Shown here: piece after piece, positions 54,579 to 64,000 of the stretch
Position numbering within the stretch: position 1 is the first letter of the stretch
How the letters are laid out: each line of letters starts with the position of its first letter
Assembly (NCBI GenBank): GCA_029953675.1
Contig: JAMWBK010000004.1
Span: 124,001-188,000, forward strand
Source: Rhodosorus marinus CCMP1338
Taxonomy: Eukaryota; Plantae; Rhodophyta
DNA length: 64,000 nt
Direction: 5' to 3'
The notes under the pieces: generated by a model
What the model was told of the DNA's origin: nothing
Databases searched by the model: none
Seen by the model: the letters and a program-made list of their open reading frames with translations, nothing else
Translations under genes and position numbers: made by a program

Positions 54579-57500
54579 TCATCCCCTGTACTTGAATTGC
54601 ATGTCTCTCCTAGGATACCTTGCCGCCTCAGCTGCTTCTCCTTCAGCGCCGAGAGTCCCGTAGTCCAGAGTTGTCCGCGCTCCGTGCTCTGCATGACCTC
54701 GACTTTCCGCTGTTTCATCCTCAAACGCGCTTCTGCTCCCATCCCTAGCGTCAAAACTTTCGGCTTCTCGCTGGTGTTGCGGCTGCCTTTCGTAACCCAT
54801 CCCTCCCGAGCCATAGCCTGATCTTCTCTCAGGTCTTGGGTCTGGAGGAAGGTCACTCCACCGTATCTGTTCATCAGCCCATGACCTGTCCTTTCTCACA
54901 CCAAGCGTCGCGCCTGTCCGCCTACTTCCATAACGAATTTCGCTTTTCCCATCGGTCGCTCTCGCGGGCGGCGCAGAATCAGAAACGTCCGGCAAAGATT
55001 GAAGCTCAGGATTCAAATCCTCCGGAGCCAGCTTCGACTTCAAGGTACGCTTCGGCGATGTTGAGCCCGCCATCGTCGGTTCTTCGCTCCTCGTTGAGTA
55101 GGTGCTGGATGTGCTACCGGTTCTCAGCGGCTGCGTTCTTCGAGAAGCTCCCAATCCCTTCGTCCTTGTTCCTAGGGGCCTTCGGGTTCTCCGCGGAGCA
55201 TCCCACAGGCTCATTTCCGATCTAGTGGATTCCATTGATGAATCATCGACCAGTCCCGATTGAGAGCCTTTCACAAAGCCGCGGGCAAATTTGTCATGTT
55301 CCAGCGGCTCCAAGGCAGCTCCTCGCGGGTCCTTGAGCGAATCCTCCGTCTCCACTTGCTGACTATGAGCAAACGACCCTGGATCATCTGCCCGTCCGTC
55401 GTAGTTGTCCGGTCGTGGTTCTGCGCGCTTTCTCTGAACGCTAGATCTAGTAGGAGAATATGTTGGGTGCCCACGACTCTGTCCTGGCCTGTTCAACGAT
55501 TCGCTCTGACCCCGGCTGCCGCCCCTTACATACCTTGTCGCCTATGATCAGTAATAAAACCAACAAATACATATACAAGAAGGGGACATGTTTAGCAACC
55601 CAAATTCTCGAGAATCCCTCGCGTACAAGCTTGCCGTCACTCACAGCTGCAGGATGGTCGCTCAATCCGTAGTCAGTTTCACCGTTGTACGAAGCACCGC
55701 GAGTATCAGCGTAACGCTCGAATCTAGTGGACTCGCCCCTCATGTCCTCCCGGTTGGCCTTTCCAGACTCCTCGTAGAAACGCGCCGAGAAATCCTGATG
55801 GACGTCGCCACCCGCTCTCCTGCCAAGGTCGCCCTTGTCCGTCTTTGTTTCGTGCTGATTCTTTGCGATCTCCTGGGTCTTATTCATGTGCGAGATCCTA
55901 TGGTACTTGCGGGTCGCCGGAGGTCGAGGCCATGCAGGTGATGTCCGTTTCTCAAGCTCCTCATCACCACGGTCCTGGATGTTGAGCTTCTCTTGCGCGA
56001 TAGGTATTCCACTGGGCAACCCAAAAGCTGCTACGCCAGTTTTCTCCGTTTCGTTCCTCGATGATGTTGTCATCCCTTGGTTCTCACTAGATTCGTCTAC
56101 CTCACCAGTAAAACTGACTCGTTTGGAACCCGTCTCGCTCGCCTTCGGTAAAGAGTCACTAACAGTCTCAGTGGCTGTTCGCTGATCTGCTCTTGCAGTT
56201 GCTGATTCAGCTCCAGAAAGATCTTCCGCTTGCAATTCACCAGCAGACATGGTTGGCTCTAACAAGGCTAAGAAAGACAAAAATCGAAAGGGATCCAACC
56301 ATGAGCATAAAGTATCGAAAGCGAAATGCTGGGGGATTTTGCTGCCGACCAACCTGCTGGTTCTGGATTGAGGCCCTGAGATTCGGCTGAGACGTCCATT
56401 GCCGAGTCTTCTTGAGGAGGGAGTGTCTGCGGCACAGAACCGGCCAGAGCCTCTGGTAGTATAGGCTCCCTTTCCAATTCGTGCGATGCCAAGGGTTTTG
56501 ACATGGCCTGCGGTTCATCTAGTTGATGCATGTCAGGACCAAAGTTCTGTTCCACGATAACTGCTGTTGGTTGTTCATAGGGCACCACTCCTTGCCCCTC
56601 AGTTGTTGTAGGAGCCACTACCCCTAGGTTGCTTTGAACCGTCAGCGGAACGACGGGAGCATCCTGCATGACTTGAGAATATTCCGGCCTATGTGCAAGG
56701 TCTTGCTCTACACTCAAGGGTTCCCCATCCTGCTTCGCATTCTCAGACTTCGAGATTATTGGCTCGAAGCGCGCAGCGTCACCTCGCGGTGAAGGGCTCT
56801 GTTCTCGTTCTTCTCGCTGATCGGGGACGACCATCGGCGCCGCCTTGAACATGGTCGGCTTGCTGATCCCCGGCATAGCCATCCGCGGAGGCATCAGCGG
56901 CGGCATTGCCATAGCGGGCTGAGTCAGTGGAGGCCGTGTAAAGCTCGGTGGTGCAGGCATCGTGCGCGCTGGCTTAGTCGACGTGAACGGAGCCGTTCTA
57001 ATCGCTTCCGATTCGCCCACCTCTTCATTCATCTCCGGATCTCGTGAAGCTGAATAGTCAAAATCATTTCTCGTCTCAACTGCTTCCGTCGAGTCTGAAA
57101 GAAACAAAAAAAAACAATTTTAGCGAGACATGAACCAAGCCCCTCATGGTAGGTCAGAGGAGCACTACCTTCACTCGGTTGTGCCGCTTCCTTGGGCTCT
57201 GCGCCGGGATTTTCCGCACCCCCATTATCCGAACTCATAGTCTGATCTTTAGTTACGTCGGACAGCGCAGTTGGAGGTACTCCTGGTGGCACCACAGGCG
57301 GGATGAGCGGCGAAACTCCAGGAAGTCCATATAAATTTGGTGTCTGCTGGGTAGATGTGGCACCTGCCGGAGCCGCTACAGCCGCAGTTGCCGAGGGGAT
57401 AGTCGGTGCTACAGTCCGGGGCATTGTGGGTGCTGCGGTCAGGGGTATTTCCGGTGCTGCAGTCGGGGGCATTTTTGGTGCTGCAGTCGGGGGCATTGTG

Positions 57501-60500
57501 GGTGCTGCAGTCGGGGGCATTGTCGATGCCGCAGTCGGAGGTATTGTGGGTTCTGCAGTCGGAGGTATTGTGGGTTCTGCAGTCGGGGGTATTGTCGGTA
57601 CAGATGGGGGTCCAGGGTACGTAGCCGCTGGTTGCTGCACGAGCTCAGACAGAGCTACAGGCGTTGCTGCGTCACTGAACCCACGCGAAGGCTGTTCCTC
57701 TTGACTTTCAATTCCTTCCAGCTGAGCTTCTCCTGTCTCGTCCCCAGCAAGACTAGTTGCAGGTTTGCTCTCGTCGACCACGGCAGTACTCGCTTCATTG
57801 GAGCTCGTCTCCGTAGAGACAGTCTGTTCATACAAGCAGTTTTTCTGTCAGGGTGGAGGTCGAGGGATGGGATGGTGTGTCAAGCTTGGAGCTGTTGAAT
57901 TCATTAGCCAGACGTACCGTGATCCTCGGAGGTGTAAATATCGATGCTGACATATTCATGAGCGGAGGTCCGGCTATCGGAGGAAGTGGGACCTGTAGAT
58001 TAGTCGAAGTATCCTGATTCAACGTATCTACGTACTTCGCCCTTGCCCCCTTGCCGCGCATTTTGTTCGAAAAAGGATTAACACCTGAGCCATCTGAGCC
58101 GAACGAGGGCACCGTTGGAATAGCTGACAAGGAACCCGGCTCTGACGGCACGCTTCCATCACCCAAACTCATCCAAGTCCCTTCTTGCGACATCGGCGGC
58201 GGTGGTACGTTGTCGTCATCTTCAACTTCCTCCCCTTCAATGATCCATTTCCCCTTCTCCTTGTCAAAGACCATTTCTGCCTTTCCAGGCAAGTTCGCCC
58301 TTGGCGGACCCGTCCGCAGCTTGGGTAGCCTGTTCGTTATCGAATTAAACCAACCTCCTTTCGCTTGGGCCGATTTCGAGCCCTCTTTCGACTTCTTCTT
58401 GTCGCCCTTTGTATCCTTCGAATTTCTAGAGTCCCTCGAGTCCCTCGAGTCAACAGATCCTTCTCGTTCCCTCTCTTGCGCAGACATGACTGGGTTTCCC
58501 GCGGAGCTCTCGCTAGTTTCTGGTGTTGTCCGCAGATTGCCAGTTAGTGTAGGAAGATGTGGCAACGAACGTGCCGGCTTCTCAGCAGGAGGCAGCTCCT
58601 CTGGTGTTGATCGAACTGGTCCTGTGCTCATAGGTGGTAGGCTACCGCCCAGCGGGGGCACAGACGCGGTTGGCGGCGTACCAGACATCATAGGAACAAC
58701 AGGGGGGGGAGGACCAGACGCGTTCGGGTTCGAAGTCATTATGGGGATCGTCGGAGGCTTCTTTAGATTCTCCGAATGTCCCGTGCTTGTCGTGTCAATC
58801 GGCTGAACAGAGAAACGATTGAATCGGACTGAGAAAACGACGAATTTCCGAGAGCACTTGTTTTGCAATTACCTTGTCTTCATGAGCCGGAGCTTCAGAT
58901 AGTGTCTTCCCCGCCTGTTCAAGGGGGTTGCTATCCAAGGCCGGTGCACTCTGCTGTGGGACTGCAAACGCGTGCATAGATGGTACCCGGGTAGGCATCG
59001 AAAAGCGCTTTCCCATACCTATTGCTGGTGGTCTGTTCGCTCCGATCACGGGCGGTGGCTTGATTCCAAGCGGCGGTTTTCCATTGAAAGCAAAACTTGG
59101 GTTCGTTTGTACCGCGTTCAACTTGCTCGGTTTGCTGTCTGCAGTTTCGACTTGCTTCAGTTCAGGTTTCTCTACTGTTTCTCCCACGTCGTCAACAATC
59201 TTAGGAGCAGCCTCCGTTGAGTAAGGCTCCGCCGGTTGAGCGGTGGCATCATCTTCTGGTTTCTCTGCCGGTGTTTCACTCCCTTCTTGCGCTTCCATGT
59301 ACTCAGTTCCGGGTACAGAGGTGCTGAACGTTGCCGGAGCCAGAGTTGGTGGTGCCTCCGGGGGTGCGACTTGCCGGGTTGCGACCTGCGGGATTGCGAT
59401 TCCCATGTCCTGCTGCTGTTTAGGAGGCTTCAGAACAATCCGCACACCTGTTGAAGGTGTACCAAGTACCCGCGGCGGGTTAACGCTTTCACTGTTTGGA
59501 GGTTCTCCCCCCGGAGACATTGGCGTCAATTCTGCCTCAGGCTGAGCCACGTGACTTTCAGAGTCACCTTCGATCGGTTCACTCTTCTGCTCCTGCTAAC
59601 AGACACAAGCATCCATAAGTACCTCCGGGTGGAACGGACGAAATAGCTCGTTATGACCAAACTTTACCTGTTCCTTCGAGCCCGACACAAGGATCGGATC
59701 AGAACAAAGATCCTGAGCTCCCCGGCTGCTTGTGGGCACTACGAACGGTGCTGAAGGTGCAGTCATCATCGATGGTGCATTCATCATCGATGGTGCATTC
59801 ATCATCATGGGTGCATTCATCGTCGGGGGAGTACTCATCGTCGGGGGAATACTCATCGTCAGGGGTGCACTCATCGTCGGGGGTGCACTCATCGTCGGGG
59901 GTGCACTCATCGTCGGGGGTGCAGTCATTGTTGGGGGTGCAGTCATTGTTGGGGGTGCACTCATTGTTGGGGGTGCACTCATTGTCGGGGGTGCACTCAT
60001 TGTCGGGGGTGCACTCATTGTCGGGGGTGCACTCATTGTCGGGGGTGCATTCATTTTCGGGGGTGCACTCATCGTCGGAGGTGCATTCTCTGCCGGTAGT
60101 GCGTTCATTGCCGGTAGTGCATTCTCTGCCGGTGGTGCATTCATTGTCGGGGGTTCACTCATCGTCGGAGGTGCATTCTCTGCCGGTAGTGCGTTCATTG
60201 CCGGTGGTGCATTCTCTGCCGGTGGTGCATTCTCTGCCGGTGGTGCATTCTCTGCCGGTGGTGCATTCTCTGCCGGTGGTGCATTCTCTGCCGGTGGTGC
60301 ATTCATTGATGGCTGTGCATTCGTTGCCGCCGCTTCGTTTATCGTTGGTGGGTTCATGGTACATTCCGCGTCCGTCGTTGGGGTGCTTAACCTCGGTCGA
60401 GTGAATAGCCTCGGTGGGGAGCATATCGTCGGCGGAGCACTCGCAGTCGGCGGCTTTTTCACCGTTGGCGGAGTGCTTAGTCTCGGTGGGGCGAACACTG

Positions 60501-63500
60501 TCGGCGGCGTGTTCACAGTTGGCGGCGTGTTCAGCGCTAGCGACGCATTCGCCTTAGGCGGGGCACCCACTGCCTTCGGAGTATTTTTCGCCGTCGGGGC
60601 GTCATCAGTGAATGACGGGTTCATCGCCGGTGTCACATTCATTGTCGGTGGAGCATTTATCATCCGCGGTGTAGTCATCATCCGTGGTGCATTCATCGTT
60701 GGTAGCACGTTCATCGTCGGTTGTGCGCTCATATTCGGTGGAGCCTGCGTGACGGTTGGAGTCTTCAGCGCCGGAGGAGTTCTCATCCTCGGTTCAGTAT
60801 TCATCGTCCGTGGAACCGACATCGTGGTTTGAGCATTCAATATTGGAGTAGCGTTCATCGTCGGTGGAGGGTTCACGGCCGGAGGAGTGCTAGGCTGCGG
60901 TGGCGCATGGGAGTCTGCGGGAACATTGGGCTGTTGTAGGATGTTCGTCAGTGGCTTGCTCATCAACGGGTGGATACTCCCGATGGGGGTTTGCTCATCT
61001 GGCGTATCCTGTCGAGGCTGCTTGTTCGCTTCTCTTGCCGTGACCGCTTCACTGATACTCTCAGCAGGCGCTGACATAGGAACGGGAACCACTCCAGGCA
61101 TAATCGGTGGTGCTGAACCTTCAGTCGCCAAGATTGGTGCGTCCACTACCACAAGTTTCGGTTGTTCAACCACTGGTGGTGGGACGTTCGGAGGCGCGCC
61201 CAACCAACTTCCCGCCGATGGAGGTTTCGAATCAGGCTTCTTCAGCAGTGGGTCAACCAGTCCAATATTTCCAGCAAGCTCCTCTGCCATTGATCCCTGA
61301 CTCATAGCGTCGGTCGTGTGTCCTTGGCGTTCCTGGGAGATGGGGGCCATGGGTTGAAGCGATGCAGATGTTTCTTGGTAATCTCCTTCTTGCGGCTTCA
61401 ACAAAATATCTAAGCAGATTCGGTGAACCAACAGGATATTGTCAGTGGACTTCCAAAGTTAGAACAAACCATTTATCAATGCACCACACCCTACTAGCTC
61501 GATCATACCTTCTTGATGTGAATCTGGTCTTGAATCCCCGCTCGTCGTCAGACTATCGGCAGCAGCAGTTTTTCTCACTGGTGCAAAGTCGCCAAAGACT
61601 TCCGCGATGTTTCCTTCTTCACCATCTGGCGGGACCGTCCCCTGTGGCATTCTCGACGTCTGTGCCAAAGTGGGAAGCGTTGGAGGTGCATTCATATTTG
61701 GAGGCATCAGGGAACTAGAGGTCGATAAATTCATGCCAGCTCCACCTGACTTCAGATGAAATGGGGGTTGGGGTTGATTGCGGCCGGGTGTGACTGCACC
61801 AGTCATTGACAGATCCTTCCCTTCGCTAGGCGCTCCCTTCTCAGTTAGTCTCAAATCAGCGCCAGACCCGCCAGTCTTCATCGTCGGTGGCTGTACATTT
61901 GGTTGCATACTGGATGCAGATGGAATCCTTGGCGGAGCAAGCATTCTTTGGCCCTGGTTTACCAAGGGGGGCGCTGGTGCTGTATCCGTCCCGGTTGGAC
62001 CGTCTCTCGTAATCTCAGGAGAGGACCCACTCCTTCTACCTTTTAACATTGAGCCGTTACTTCTCAACGGAGGCAAAGAAGGTGCGACAACTCTCGGACC
62101 ACCAGTGCCATGTGGTGGCAGTTGTGGCGGCATCATAGGAATTGAGCCTGGACCACTAGAGCGGTGGCTCATCAATTCGTGATTGGAGCTGCTAGTAGGC
62201 AATGCTGACGGCGCAGATTGCAAGGTTGTGATCTGCTTTTTGTCGGCTCCGAACCCCCCTCCAGACAGCAGGTTTCCCAAACCGCTCGTCCGCTTTTTCA
62301 AAGAACCATCAGTCCCAGCAGCTGACGGCGGTCTGTTCGGCTGCATCAGTTGAGGGTGTTGGCCAACTGGTTGTACATGCAACTGTGGATCCGAGTATAC
62401 CCGTGGAACTTGATCCGGGTTCATCTGAGCACCCTGTCCTTTTCCCACAGAGTCACCCACAGGCTGTCCTCTGTCATCTCCAGCCTCCGCGGGGGCAATA
62501 ACACCGATCGCACTCGCGACCAAAGAATCCCATACCTTCTTCTCCTTGAGGGACCCACGCTCCTTCAGAATGTGCCCATCTACGTCTGCGGCCTGATCTG
62601 CCGAAGAGCTGCCGAACACTTTCGACAGGGCACTTCTCAGAATGCCTGCACCCCTTTCCTTAATGCCATGCTTCTTCCTAAGCCTCGTGTCGAACTCCTA
62701 ATCAAATCGTGCAAGATTTGAGATATGACGCAAAGGTTGACGGACTCCGACCCAGAACGATCTCATAAGTTTGAGGGAAGCGCTAACCTGGAGCTGAAGA
62801 AGGAACGCTCTTGAGTAGCCAAGGTTCATTCCCTTTTGAGCGGACTCGTACGCTTGCATTGTGGACAACGTCAGATCGCAGTAGGAGGAAGCCAGGTCCA
62901 ATTCTCCGTTATCCACTAGAGACACGGCAAAACTGAACATGAACGGAAGCAGACTTGCAGACACGACCGGGTCCGTTTTCGCCTTGAAAGAACTATCGAA
63001 CATTAGAGTAATGAAGGCACACGCCGCAGAAGAAAATCCAGTTCTGCGGCCCTTGCTGCTTCTATGATCCGCTCCCAGAAGCACTATCTTTGACGCAGGA
63101 TCATCGTGCTCAAGCATTCTCCTAGCTCCAATGTAGCACACGTGTGCACCGGGGATATTACCTTCCGCGAGCAGGGTTTCCGCCAAAGACTCCAACGTCT
63201 CCTTGGTCCTAGCACTGTCACCACCACAACACACCAGGGTTGCAACAGTTGAGTTCCAGTGCTGGCGGGCCTCCTTTGCACCATGAGGTCCCCGGACTGT
63301 CCCTTTGAAGTCCTGAACTCTGTCAGCTAGCGACAAAAACAGCGTCTGAAGTGGACTCCCATCAACCAGAGATGAAAACGCGTACTGTTCCAGAGTTGAC
63401 CGATACGATTCCCTAGCACAGCGCAAACGGTAAGCGAACCGGGAGGCATTTAGTTCAGCAGCGACGGCGAAAGTACCCCATGTAACCCTCGAGAAGACAC

Positions 63501-64000
63501 TTACCGATCCAATGTTGAACTCAGCACAAGGGCCAGGTCCCATAGCCCTGCTTCCTTTGCGAGTTTGACCGCTTCTTGAGTACTACCATTAGCGAGAACC
63601 TCTTGCATCTAAATCACGCATATAAAAATACGTAAATAATGAAGAAACGAACGGGATGAGAAACCATCTACGAACTCTTGGAGGAGATCAGGTCGTTTTG
63701 GAGAGGTCGCACCTTCCTAGCAGACTCTGCCAATGTCTCCAGCTTATTGGAGTTCGCCCGGAGCGGCGATTTTAGTGCCGTCTGCTTAGTTAGCTGCTGC
63801 TGGACAGCGATCACGTTTCCGTTGATAGCTTGAGCAAGAGAAGCACAGTCCGCATTCTCATTCTGATACAAGGCCTTGAGGATTCTCCAAAGTGCCTTGA
63901 AACCCTCGGCTGCGGTAGTCACAAGTCGCCAGCAGACGAGTGTGGGGTTAGCTCTCGCATCAATCAAGTCAAAGAACAGAATTCTGCGCGCTTGACCGAA
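54579..64000 (-). CDS. SEC16: SEC16 (COPII/ER exit site scaffold), multi-exon, 5' end outside the window
   Basis: Central conserved domain: ALWRILKAL, AVKLAKEAGLWDLALVLSS, SPLQTLFL, LAETL..EGNIPGAHVCYI, KIVLLGADH, A.SYC. C-terminal motifs: GGWFNSI...ANLP...FDKEKGKW...PPPP and RAKYVDTLN. The tracked minus-strand ORFs join in phase via GT-AG introns, for example 57917-57845 and 57168-57095. The exact 3' end is less certain. Confidence 0.88.
57390..57600. repeat. 24-bp coding repeat in SEC16 (PTAAPTMP / PTAEPTIP)
   Basis: Unit GCAGTCGG(G/A)G(G/T)(C/T)ATTGTGGG(T)GCT, about 8 copies. Confidence 0.85.
59810..60320. repeat. 18-bp coding minisatellite in SEC16 (APPTMS / APPAEN units)
   Basis: Unit GTCGGGGGTGCACTCAT(C/T) and variant GCCGGTGGTGCATTCTCT. 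Confidence 0.9.

Noticed and set aside
59730-60832. Gly/Val-rich 366-aa plus-strand ORF and a His/Ser repeat ORF
   Set aside because: These are antisense and alternative-frame shadows of the SEC16 minisatellite exon.

Overview
Eukaryotic nuclear DNA, probably from a red alga (inference from short GT-AG introns, an MQAFV-type transit peptide and a secreted Spondin_N protein). A retroelement-dense island at about 6.9-42 kb lies between ordinary genes. On the left is an intronless ABCC/MRP transporter. On the right are a spondin-domain gene, pirin, a coiled-coil gene, a plastid TPR gene and a very long SEC16 that runs off the window. The island is built mainly from two families (here A and B, plus diverged relatives) of two-ORF, CRE-like non-LTR retrotransposons encoding an RT with a YHDD motif and a restriction-like endonuclease (RLE). 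The most unusual signal is how the copies are joined. There are gapless head-to-tail stacks of 5'-truncated copies, nested inserts flanked by only 2-4 nt duplications at recurrent breakpoints, a 27-nt tRNA 5' fragment caught between two element pieces, a perfect fold-back at the 3'-UTR stem-loop, and an ~90-nt structured 3' module that occurs on its own. Together these suggest a template-jumping, self-targeting RT, which is an inference and not demonstrated here. The island also holds copia remnants, two paralogous secreted acidic repeat proteins and a quasi-palindromic 33-bp coding minisatellite. No CRISPR array, rRNA or complete tRNA gene was seen.
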